Shown: positions 10,791 through 21,116 of the stretch, piece after piece | How positions within the stretch are numbered: the first letter of the stretch is position 1 | How the letters are laid out: each line of letters opens with the position of its first letter | Source: Octopus sinensis | Taxonomy: Eukaryota | Length of the DNA stretch: 25,391 bases | Direction of reading: 5' to 3' | NCBI RefSeq assembly: GCF_006345805.1 | Contig: NW_021836111.1 | Location: 1 to 25,391, forward strand | The notes under the pieces: model-generated | Seen by the model: only the letters and a program-made list of their open reading frames with translations | Database searches by the model: none | What the model was told of the DNA's origin: nothing | Translations under genes and position numbers: made by a program

Positions 10791-10813
10791 ATGTATATGC
10801 ATATTATATATAT

Positions 10814-10866
<53 letters not shown>

Positions 10867-10947
10867 TACACAGATAGATAGTTAGATTGATAGATAAACA
10901 GATAGATATTTAGACATACATATTTACACACAGAATAAATATTATAT

Positions 10948-10983
<36 letters not shown>

Positions 10984-11398
10984 AAGAAAGAGAGAGAGAG
11001 ATAGGCACACCAGCATACATTCATACACACATATTTCTAAATACCCTGAACGTATTCTTTGAAACTAGAATGCAGAAACATTCGCACCCTTCCAATAGAG
11101 CAATCGAAGCATCATTAGTTGATATTCATTCCTTTGCGTATCAACACATTTGACCCCCAACTGCATCTTCTAGCAGTAAACAAATATTGCATAAAGAACA
11201 TGGAATTCACTTGACTAAAAGAAATAACCACTTGATTCATGATGAGCGAGTGAAGATTTTTTTTTTCCTCGTTGAAATGAAAGTGAAAGTAGAAGACTTT
11301 TATTGGACGCTGGCTATAGAGATTGTGTTATGAAATCACGTAAAACCGAAGTCTATACAGATGTAATGACTAGTGGAAAGTACATTTTTCTACAACTA

Positions 11399-11919
11399 TT
11401 ACGTCATATTCGGTGCGGTACAGCACTTACATCTGTGTTGGGCTGTAAAACGGAGTGTAATTCGCCCCTTCTGTCCGTTGACCGTTGTGGCACCTAAGCC
11501 AAGTGCGAGCAACAGCTTATTATCCTGTATTAGAGATACGGTGTAGACGTCGGCAGTAAGGCGCTGAATAACCGACAAGGCAAAGGTGTCCTAGTTATTG
11601 CGGTCGAACGGTAGCTCCGTAGTGTCAACAACAGTTGGGCGTTAAAGAGCAAGTTATCTGCTACTGTGGAACAGCCTTCATCCTCGACCGTGCTCTTTGT
11701 ACGCACGTCTTTCACTTGGTATCTGGCGTAGTGGCCCAATGGGGCCGTCTGATAGGTGGGGCCGACGCCAACTGCGTTATTTATAGCCCAAAGTGCGTCG
11801 ACAATTGCATTATTCACATACGCCAATTCCTTATTCATCGCACAGAGAAGTATCTAAATAGAAGAGCCAACGTTGATATACGACGGAAAGTCCACGACGA
11901 CATCATATACAATTTGCAT
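11399..11919 (-). pseudogene. Intronless decayed ORF (~170 codons, 2 in-frame stops, 1 inferred frameshift), unknown product, possibly endogenous viral
   Basis: MQIVYDVVVDFPSYINVGSSI*ILLCAMNKELAYVNNAIVDALWAINNAVGVGPTYQTAPLGHYARYQVKDVRTKSTVEDEGCSTVADNLLFNA, then a shift near 11640 to PTVVDTTELPFDRNN*DTFALSVIQRLTADVYTVSLIQDNKLLLALGLGATTVNGQKGRITLRFTAQH... Non-repetitive, visibly GC/CpG-richer than flanks, with coding-like codons (many GNN/RNY). Confidence 0.6.
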
Positions 11920-12051
11920 GGTTACTATTTAGCGTTGGCTACAGATGCTACGTAAACTCTACGTTGTACGAAAGATTGTAGTTGACCACTGGTTATCGAA
12001 AACGTGGTATAAATTATGGTATAGGCGCGGGTGTAGGTGCATGGCTGTGTG

Positions 12052-12370
12052 AAGGTGCATAGCTTAGTGGTTATAGTATTCGGCTCACGGTCATAAGTTC
12101 AATTCCCGGCGACGTGTCGTCTCCTTGAGCAAGACACTTTATTTCACGTTGCCCCAGTCCAGTCATCGGACAAAAATGAGTAGTACCTCTATTTCAAAGG
12201 ACCAGCCTTGTCACACTGTGTCACGCTGAGTCTCCCTGAGAACTACGAGAAGGGTACACGAATTTGTGGAGTGCTCAACCACATGCAAGTTAATTTCACG
12301 AGCAGGGTGTACCGTTGATCGGATCAACTGGATCACCTGGAACCCTCATCGTCGTAACCGACGGAGTCCC
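12052..12370 (+). mobile_element. CORE-like tRNA SINE, near full length
   Basis: Head GGTGCATAGCTTAGTGGTTATAG..AGTTCAATTCC. Core CCTTGAGCAAGACACTTTATTTCACGTTGCCCCAGTCCA..AAAAATGAGTA resembles the CORE-SINE domain. Tail ...CTCATCGTCGTAACCGACGGAG. Confidence 0.85.
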
Positions 12371-12399
12371 AATTTACAATAGTGTTACGCGACATGAAA

Positions 12400-12470
12400 T
12401 GAAATGCTTCGCCTGGGGACAACAAAGCACTGCCCAGTCCCGGAATTGAACTCACAATGTTATGATCAGA
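12400..12470 (-). mobile_element. 5' fragment of a CORE-like SINE
   Basis: Reverse complement: ACATTGTGAGTTCAATTCCGGGACTGGGCAGTGCTTTGTTGTCCCCAGGCGAAGCATTTCATTTCATG. Confidence 0.6.
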
Positions 12471-12471
12471 G

Positions 12472-12845
12472 TCCCACCACGTGGCAACTTGGGCAAGTGT
12501 CTTCTACTATAGCCTCGGGCCAACCAAAGCTTTGTGAGTGGATTTGGTAGGCGGAAACTGTAAGAAGCCCGTCGTATATATGTATATATATGTTTATATA
12601 TATGTATATATATGTATGTGTGTGTGTATATGTTTGTGTGTCTGTGTTTGTCCCCCCAGCATCGCTTGACAACCGATGCTGGTGTGTTTATGTACACGTA
12701 TCTTAGCGGTTCGGCAAAAAGAGACCGACAGAATAAGTACCAAGCTTACAAAGAATACGTCCTGGGGTCGATTTGCTCGACTAAAGGCGGTGCTCCAGCA
12801 TGGCCGCAGTCAAATGACTGAAACAAGTAAAAGAGTAAATGAGTA
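12472..12845 (+). mobile_element. Composite tRNA SINE, 5'-interrupted (its head is probably at 12022-12050)
   Basis: Module A (TTGGGCAAGTGTCTTCTACTATAGCCTCGGG...AAGAAGCCCGTCG), (TA/TG)n, module B, GTAAAAGAGTAAATGAGTA tail. Confidence 0.9.
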
Positions 12846-13839
12846 TAAAGTCAACACACTAACCGATAGGCCATGCGCGTTAACTCCAACTTGCAAGCTA
12901 AAATTTTATTACATTCCTGTGGAAATTATCCGAACATTGTGAGGGCAGTAAAAATCAATATTACGTATTTACTCATAACTTTGTATCTTGGCAGTTGATA
13001 TGCTGTAGTCTGTTTATCCAACATTTTTGTTATGAGATAGTTAAGCTAACTAACGAGATTACCGATTTATATAATCAGGTTTTAATTATAACAATCAGAT
13101 CGTTTTTCGGTAATTGGAGAATCGCGATTTTATGTGTTTCCAGCAACGTTTGCTGTGTTGCCTCGTCTGTGATTACGTGCTCTTTCACCCGGTTGTAACC
13201 AGTTAAAACTTTCTTAAAATAAACTCAGTGTGTAGTTATGGTGATAACAATTTTGGTTTAATGCAATATATCATGGTTTATATCCTATAATCTACGAATT
13301 AGTACGATAAATGCCAGTGTTTTGTTACGATGAGGGAACTGTCAGTAGCGGTGTTTAAAAATGGCATACCTACAAACTTGTGCCTCCCCGATTTTGTTGA
13401 CTCATAACTTCTAGAATAATGGATGTTTTTTTAATTAACTTTTCTACAATTACGCTTTAGATGGTGTGGATTCCAATTTTATTAGAATTTGCGATGGAAA
13501 TTTGTGGAAAATTTCATTTAAAATGTCCATTTTAGGAAGTTATGAAGAAACAACATACATACATATATAAGTTAAAAACAGAACACATTTATATTTGACA
13601 TATTCTGTTTTTAATTTACATTTGATATATTCTCTCTCACCTCTGCCACTAACTGGCAAATACAGGTGCTTACACTTGTCAAGTATTCACTCTAAATTTA
13701 CAGTACCTATATATATATATATGTAAAAAAATACAAACTGGGACAAGAACGCAAAACATTTAGAAGTCGATACAAAAACAAGGACGGAGCATGTCCCAGT
13801 TTGTATTTTTTTACATATATATATATATATATATATATC

Positions 13840-13870
<31 letters not shown>

Positions 13871-13893
13871 TATATATATATATATATATATAT

Positions 13894-14056
13894 ACGACGG
13901 GCTTCTTTCAATTTCCGTGTACCAAAATACACACAAGCTTTGATTGGCCTGGAGATATTGTAGAAGATACTTGCCCAAGGTGACACGCAGTGTGCCTGAA
14001 CCTGAAACCATGTGGTTGAGAAGCAAGCTTCTTGCCACACAGCCATGCCTACGCTT
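13894..14056 (-). mobile_element. Composite SINE, module A only
   Basis: Reverse complement of head plus module A, ending in a (TA)n tract. Confidence 0.85.
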
Positions 14057-14098
14057 ATGTATGTATATATATATATACATATACATATTTATATGTAT

Positions 14099-14138
<40 letters not shown>

Positions 14139-14680
14139 ACGTCTAGTTAACTGACTGAAGGGAAATTACTAAAAGCCATAGTTGTAACTTGCTTGATGAC
14201 CCTGCAAGTGCACTGGTAAGACTACGGTAGAGCAGAGCAAAGAAAATAATATGTGTGTGCGTATGTATATACATATACATACACACTCACACTTATACTA
14301 ATTTTTATGCATAGTTTGTAATCTTCCCGCAGCAATAGTGTGAGGGAGATCGAAATTAAGTAATTAATGAAGTAAGAGAACCATCTGCACTGGAAAAAAT
14401 TAGTCCAATCGATATGGTGGCTGATGTATGACAACAAGAAGTGATGTACTGGAAAGTTCGCTTCGAAATTGCTAGCGAAGAATTATTATTATTCATGAAT
14501 CAATCTCAATGCTCTATACAGTCGCGAAACGTATTGACTTGTAGTATCCATATTTAGGAATATGCTTACAGATATGTATATATATATATATGTTATATGC
14601 AAACATATGCCCTGATACATGCATGTAACGTACAATCCCATGCATTTATACATCTATCTATCTATCTATCCATACACATG

Positions 14681-14711
<31 letters not shown>

Positions 14712-14936
14712 GGAGTTTAACGCAGGCGTTATTCATATTGTTTTACTTCCGACACATGTTTCGAAGATATTATGCAAAAATAAAAAATTCACGTAAACCC
14801 AAAGTTCCTACCTTTAAAAACGAGGAGTTATAACCTTTTTACTTGCGAGATTTTTTGCTACCCTGGTAACTATTAATCTATTTTTCCGTGTTAATTGTTA
14901 ACAGGGCAAAATACACACATCTGTCTATATACATAC

Positions 14937-15011
<75 letters not shown>

Positions 15012-15041
15012 TATATATGTACACACATATATTATATATAT

Positions 15042-15290
15042 ATGTGTTTCACAGGCATGGCCAGCTATAATGGGTCTTAACTTTAAATCTTCAGGCGCTA
15101 GGATATTTATGTATTTGCCTGGATATTGTTTTCCGGCTTCATTAACTATCTTGCTCTTGTGTATTTTAAGCAGGCTATCAAAAAGTAGACCTACCTTTAA
15201 AGTTTGTGATATAATCTATACCTTTTCCTGTCTGGCCTTTTCCATATAGATGAATTAAGGATGCAAGATTTTTCATTGCATATTGCTGCC
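15042..15290 (-). pseudogene. Penelope-like element reverse transcriptase fragment (frameshifted)
   Basis: [34 protein letters not shown] / frameshift / [46 protein letters not shown]. Matches the PLE RT pattern EIDY.TNF...S.FYGLPKIHKS...DLKLRPI.AG..C.TH. Confidence 0.85.
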
Positions 15291-15300
15291 TTTTTAGTCT

Positions 15301-15600
15301 CTGCTCTTTTACTCTTTTACTTGGTTCAGTCATTTGACTGTAGCCATGCTGGAGCACCGCCATTAGTCAAGCAAATCGACCCCAGGACTACTTCTTTGTA
15401 AGCCTAGTACTTATTCTATCGGCCTCTTTTGTCGAACCGCTAGGTTACGGGGACGTAAACACATCAGCATCGTTGTCAAGTGATGTTGGGGGCACAAACA
15501 CAGACACACAAACATATACACACATACATACACATATATATATATAAATATATATATAAATATATATATATATATATGTATATACATATATATATATATA

Positions 15601-15661
<61 letters not shown>

Positions 15662-15827
15662 TTATTAAATACGAAGGCTTCTTACAGTTCCGCCTACCAA
15701 ATCCACTCAAAGACTTTGGTCGGCCCGAGACTATAGCAGAAGACACTCGCCGAAGATACCACGCAGTGGGACTGAACCCAGAACCATGTGCTTCGTAAGC
15801 AAGCTACTTACCACACAGCCACTCCTG
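15301..15827 (-). mobile_element. Composite tRNA SINE, full length, internal microsatellite expanded to ~160 bp
   Basis: Reverse complement matches 20687-21104 end to end; (TA)n at ~15512-15670. Confidence 0.92.
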
Positions 15828-15884
15828 TTGTTTATAGTTTGCAACTTTATCGTTGAAGGTATCGTTTCCTAGCATAGATAATGC

Positions 15885-16067
15885 TAGGTTTTTTAAGGTT
15901 CGGAATTCCTGTTCAAACAAGGAGGAAAGTTCACAATTAAGGACAACTTCACTTGTACTTCCGAGAGTCTAATTCATGTTATAACTGGTTCAGATTATAG
16001 ACATAACGATACAAGACAGACAAGTATGGCACTTCGATGGAGAACCATAGTACATAAGAAGCAGATA
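15885..16067 (+). pseudogene. Penelope-like element GIY-YIG endonuclease fragment
   Basis: F*GSEFLFKQGGKFTIKDNFTCTSESLIHVITGSDYRHNDTRQTSMALRWRTIVHKKQI. Aligns to the PLE GIY-YIG pattern F.IK..FTC.S.NLIYVITC..C...YIGQT...LR.R...H..QI, with both signature motifs decayed (LIH, DTR). Confidence 0.8.
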
Positions 16068-16107
16068 CATGTATGTGTGTGTATATATATATATATAAAT
16101 TAATTTA

Positions 16108-16272
16108 GAGATAAAACCACTATTAGGCAACTCAAACAGTGATAGACATAAACCGATACATAAATAACAAAAATAGTGGTTTTATTTCTAATTTAATTTA
16201 TATCTATACTGTGAAATTTGATTTAAGCCTAAATCTAATTTTTCCCTGTAAGTTTGGAGCCATACTGTCTAA

Positions 16273-16273
<1 letters not shown>
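16108..16273 (+). mobile_element. Dispersed repeat with internal hairpin (GAGATAAAACCACTATT family), compact copy
   Basis: GAGATAAAACCACTATT (16108-16124) pairs 16/17 with AATAGTGGTTTTATTTC (16172-16188); homologous to 7118-7390. Confidence 0.8.
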
Positions 16274-16350
<77 letters not shown>

Positions 16351-17304
16351 TATGTGGGGGTGTCTGTGTGTGTGTGCTTTTGAGAGAGTATGTGTATCTG
16401 TATTTTCATTGTTTCACGTGATGAAATTTGCCATAACATAAGATCGAAACGAAGAGTAACCTCTGTTAAAACACTTTTCTAAAATGTCTCTCACTCAACG
16501 ACAACCATAACCGCCAACATCTCCATCATCACGACCACCACCACCACCACCACACCACAACAACAACAAGAGAAATATATTTTTATTACATTAATAAATT
16601 TACTCCCACCCTAAAAAGAAATGCTAAATTTAATAAATAGGTAAATAAAACGAATAAAGAAATGTAGGGCAACAAAATTAAAAAAAACAACAATATAAAA
16701 TAATATAAGAGTGAATGAAAGAGGACAGAAAACGAAAAACAAAAATGAAAAAAAAAACAACAAAAGTAAAAACTCCGAAACGTAAATGTAACGAAGAAAA
16801 TAAAAATAAGCAAGGCAATAAACAATATGGCGGATGAAATAGTTCAAAATGAACAACTAAATTTAATGGAATCGTTTATAAATCTTATAACCTTTATTAG
16901 ATTTAAAATCGATTTTTCACTCTAAGTAATTGATCAACTGAGCACTTCGAACTATGCATAAAGAACGTTTTCAAAATTATGCAGTAGTTTGTCATATATT
17001 TTCCGTGTTTTTTCGCAATTATTCTAAGTATCGTCGCAAAGTTTTTGTTTTTTGAAAATGTTCTCTAGAATTTTTTTTTTTTTTTTGCAACGTATTTTAA
17101 TTTTAAATTTTCTCTCGGTAATATTGGTTGGATTATATTTTGTTAATTTATTTGAATTTTATTGCATTCTATTTATCTTTTTTTTTTTTGGTTTTCTTTT
17201 GGTTTGGCATCGTCCAGCATTAATAGGATTGAATTTTTCAATCGCTTTTGACTCTTTTTACTCCTTTTGCATTAAATTAGCAAGATTGATATATTATTGC
17301 AATT

Positions 17305-17325
17305 ACATTATTATTATTATTATTA

Positions 17326-17418
<93 letters not shown>

Positions 17419-17525
17419 ATTATTATTATTATTATTGATATTATTATTATTATCAGTATTATTATTATTATTATTATTATTAGTAGTAGTAGTAGTAGTA
17501 TTAGTATTATTATTGTTATTATTAT
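17305..17525. repeat. (TTA)n microsatellite
   Basis: Direct reading. Confidence 0.95.
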
Positions 17526-17536
17526 TCAATGATAAA

Positions 17537-17860
17537 GTGTAAAGACCCCACCATCAGTCGTGAATTACCATAGGATGCATTTAGAAAGTTACTCTACGAG
17601 GTACAAGCCCGGGTAAGGTTGTTTTTGGAAGACCAGCGGTCACCCATGCATACCAGTCTCCCCGTTTCTGCACCACTGATGTTATCCAAGGAAAAGGCAA
17701 AGGGGCCGATACAGCTTGGCACCAGTGACGTCGCAACTCATTTCTACAGCTGAGTGAACTGGAGCAATGTGAAATAAAATGTCTTGCTCAAGAACACAAC
17801 ACACAGCCCGGTCCGAGAATCGAACTCACTACCTCATGATTGTGAGACCAACGTTCTAAC
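17537..17860 (-). mobile_element. CORE-like tRNA SINE with a different 3' tail from the 12052 copy
   Basis: On - strand: TTGAGCAAGACATTTTATTTCACATTGCTCCAGTTCACTCAGCTGTAGAAATGAGTT, then GCGACGTCACTGGTGCCAAGCTGTATCGG...GGTAATTCACGACTGATGGTGGGGTCTTT. Confidence 0.8.
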
Positions 17861-17874
17861 ATTATTGTTATTAA

Positions 17875-18085
17875 GGCGCTGATCTGGCAGAATAACACGC
17901 CGGACAAGATGCTTTGCGGCATTTCGTCCGTCTTTACGCACTCAGTCCAAATTCCACTGAGGTCGACATTGCCTTTCATCCTGTCAGTCCTGTCGATAAA
18001 ATAATTATCAGTCAATCATTGGGATCCATATTATCAACTTTCTCTCTCCCCGCAAATCTTAGGCCTTATACCGTCAGCAGAAGGG
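17875..18085 (+). mobile_element. tRNA SINE (GGCGGTGAGCTGGCAG family), diverged
   Basis: GGCGCTGATCTGGCAG...CAAATTCCACTGAGGTCGACATTGCCTTTCATCC...GTCGATAAAATAA. Confidence 0.8.
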
Positions 18086-18556
18086 AATGAAGGAAACCTC
18101 GATATTATGTAAAATAGGGGAATTTATCTATAATTATAATATGTGACAATTATTTGGTTGTCATAATAAAACTAGGACTTTCGGAAACCGGAGATAAAGT
18201 CGCAAGAACAGGGGCTGCTTTCGTTTCCATCGTAATTCCGCATTTATGACGATAGTAGTTGTCATTAAATAGGAAATAATATGCGTCTGTAGGTTGGAGA
18301 GCAGGAGAGAGAACCCCACTCTTTGGTGGTCAGAGGAAACCTGGATATGTGAGATTCCTTGTGTGACCATATTTAGAGTATCAATAGTGTTATATCAAGT
18401 TATAAGCCGTCAATATATTTCTTAAAGTAAGTTCAATTTCTAAGTTGTGTTTATTTTAGAAATACTGGTTCCAAGCCAAAATCCAATACAGAATTACGCA
18501 TACATCCATGACTGACAGGTTCAATATCGATCATAGAAGATTTCTGTTGAAGAGTA

Positions 18557-18819
<263 letters not shown>

Positions 18820-18996
18820 ACAAATCAAATTGCGATAAAATAAAAATGAAAATAATTATTTTCGCTGGTAATTCTAGCACATGCCATATATTTTTCATAT
18901 ATCAGTACATTAAGGCGAAATATGTGCTAGAACACAGAAGCTAGATAAATTTAGTGAAATGAAGATAAAAACATTTACTAACTCGGTTCTTCTCAG

Positions 18997-19056
18997 ACTG
19001 CAGTTTCTTTCTTTTCAGCAATAAAGATAATTTATTTGCTCAGGGAGAATTCATCA
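18997..19056 (+). other. Candidate 60-nt exon (TAVSFFSAIKIIYLLRENSS in phase 0)
   Basis: CTAAC branch-like motif, TTCTTCTCAG acceptor, TCA|GTGAGA donor; alternative acceptor at 19018. Confidence 0.25.
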
Positions 19057-19179
19057 GTGAGAGCCCTGTTGTTCTGAGATCCTAACTCACTAAAAGCATG
19101 TGCTTCTAATGATTTACTCTCTCTAACTAATCAGATCACTGCGCAGACTCCGAACGTCCCGACAAAACTAGGGATTTCT

Positions 19180-19180
<1 letters not shown>

Positions 19181-19240
<60 letters not shown>
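19181..19240. repeat. (GATA)n microsatellite
   Basis: Direct reading. Confidence 0.95.
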
Positions 19241-19241
<1 letters not shown>

Positions 19242-19626
19242 GAGGTAGTTATATGTTTTCATTCATGTGCTTAAGCTACAAAATTAGCGAGTTTTCGCTC
19301 GTATTCCTAGGAATGTTGGTGTTCCTGAACACCCTAGACACATTTAGCGGTAATTACAGTGCGCTTTTTTGGTGTAATATGGCGACATGCTGTTTATATT
19401 AATTTTATGTATACACATTAGCGAATCGCTAAATCATCCATGAATTTAGATGACGAAAACTTAAAGACTAACAGAGGAAATCAGGACGTGTATAAGTCTT
19501 GAAAAAATTACAAAACTCGATTCCAGGTGAGAATGCGATCGATAAAGCCGTGAGAACGTGCATTTGTACGCGTAAGTACATCAGTCGAAATCCGTCTTTT
19601 GCTGGTGTCTCAAATTTGGGTTGAAT

Positions 19627-19686
19627 CAGTGTTTCTCAAAGGGGAAGCCTATGGGACGGTCGGACTAGTTGTTTTGAGAACATTTG
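19627..19686. mobile_element. 60-bp hAT/Charlie-like MITE remnant
   Basis: CAGTGTTTCTCAAA (19627-19640)...TTTGAGAACATTTG (19673-19686); flanking 8-mers GGTTGAAT and GTTTAAAT match 6/8, consistent with a decayed 8-bp TSD. Confidence 0.55.
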
Positions 19687-19749
19687 GTTTAAATGTTTGA
19701 CAACTCAGCACCGTCCATTGGACGGAGGGGGGAGTTTTGCTCGTATATT

Positions 19750-19813
19750 GTATATATATATATGTATATATATATGTATAATATATATATAATATATATA
19801 TATATAATACCTA

Positions 19814-19902
<89 letters not shown>

Positions 19903-19916
19903 GCTAGCTAGCTAGC

Positions 19917-19960
<44 letters not shown>
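19750..19960. repeat. Compound (TA)n, (TATC)n, (CTAG)n microsatellite
   Basis: Direct reading. Confidence 0.95.
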
Positions 19961-19963
<3 letters not shown>

Positions 19964-19974
19964 TGAGCACCGCC

Positions 19975-20150
19975 AGCAATTTTTTTTCCTCTGTCTTCCC
20001 TTCTCGGGATCTTTCCTTCTCCTTTGTTTCCGACGAAGAGCTCCGCTCGAAACGTTAAACCCTCCTTCCCTTCTTTCCTGAGCGTCCAATAATACTTTAT
20101 TTGTTTCACGTCCTCGCGTTGCTGTGTTTTTTTGTGTTTTCTTGTTTGGA
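19975..20150 (+). mobile_element. Penelope-like terminal remnant, copy 3
   Basis: Pyrimidine-rich flank, GAAGAGCTCCGCTCGAAACGTTAA, TTCCTGAGCGT..AATAATAC block shared with copies at 4742 and 10671. Confidence 0.65.
20026..20060 (+). ncRNA. Minimal type I hammerhead-ribozyme-like motif
   Basis: GUUU-CCGACGA-A-GAGC-UCC-GCUC-GAAA-CGUU-AAAC: 4-bp stem I (GUUU/AAAC), 4-bp stem II (GAGC/GCUC), GAAA, palindromic AACGUU in place of stem III, GUU as NUH site; core variant C at position 4. Confidence 0.55.
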
Positions 20151-20182
<32 letters not shown>

Positions 20183-20686
20183 GCATGTATGTAATTTTTG
20201 CTTCTTTTTATGGAAACAAAAATGGTGGTGTATAGGACTCAAAAAAGAAGTTCTCATATGAAATTGAGACAGAGACAGAAAAACATTGATTAGAGAACAA
20301 GCATCAAATTCGAGTCAACGACTTCTTATAACACCGCGCTTCCATACATTTAATTATATATAAAAGTACAGAAGGTAAAAAGATATATATGCTCATAAAA
20401 ATACAAAATATAAAGAAAGTCCTGTGAAGAAAATGTATTTAAAAATCGATTAAAATAGGTAATCAAAATGAAATACTAAAACACGTCTATCGACTAAATA
20501 CGTTTTTTTGTTTAAATCGACTAAGAAAAGTTTTATTTTTTACCCCTCGATTAAAAGTACATCAAAATAGTTTGCTTTTAAAAAGCAATCTCTGGTAGAT
20601 TGAAGCATAAGAAACGAAAGAGAGTTCCCCCAAAATTAGGTCAAAAACAAATCTATGGCCACTATAGATATATATAAAATATATAT

Positions 20687-20846
20687 AGGAGTGGGTGTGT
20701 GGTAAGTAGCTTGTTTACGAACCACATGGTTCCGGGTTCAGTCCCACTGCGTGGCATCTTGGGCAAGTGCCTTCTACTATAGCCTCGGGTCGACCAAAGC
20801 CTTGTGAGTGGATTTGGTAGACGGAAACTGAAAGAAGCCCGTCGTA

Positions 20847-20883
<37 letters not shown>

Positions 20884-21104
20884 ATGTTTGTGTGTCTGCG
20901 TTTGTCCCCCTAGCATTGCTTGACAACCGATGCTGGTGGGTTTACGTCGTCGTCACTTAGCGGTTCGGCAAAAGAGACCGATAGAATAAGTAGTGGGCTT
21001 ACAAAAGAATAAGTCCCGGGGTCGAGTTGCTCGATTAAATGCGGTGCTCCAGCATGGCTGCAGTCAAATGACTGAAAAAAGTAAAAGAGTAAAAGAGTAA
21101 AAGA
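20687..21104 (+). mobile_element. Composite tRNA SINE, full length, well preserved
   Basis: tRNA-like head (GTGTGGTAAGTAGCTTG...GGTTCAGTCCC), module A, (TA)n/(TG)n, module B, (GTAAAAGA)n tail. Confidence 0.93.
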
Positions 21105-21116
21105 CTAATATATAGT

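Noticed and set aside
11635-11955. 106-aa + strand ORF
   Set aside because: Antisense shadow of the better-supported - strand decayed ORF; no Met start and no coding-like pattern.
12940-13620. Possible DNA-transposon interior (repeated ACTCATAACTT motif; similar text at 14750-14900)
   Set aside because: No TIRs, TSD or transposase frame could be identified by eye.
16827-16925. Small ORF MADEIVQNEQLNLMESFINL... with good start context
   Set aside because: Only 32 aa in very AT-rich DNA, no upstream acceptor or promoter support.
20687-20760. tRNA-like sequences (also 4381, 12052, 21117, 23577, 25017)
   Set aside because: They are SINE heads: A/B boxes but no complete cloverleaf, and they continue into SINE bodies.
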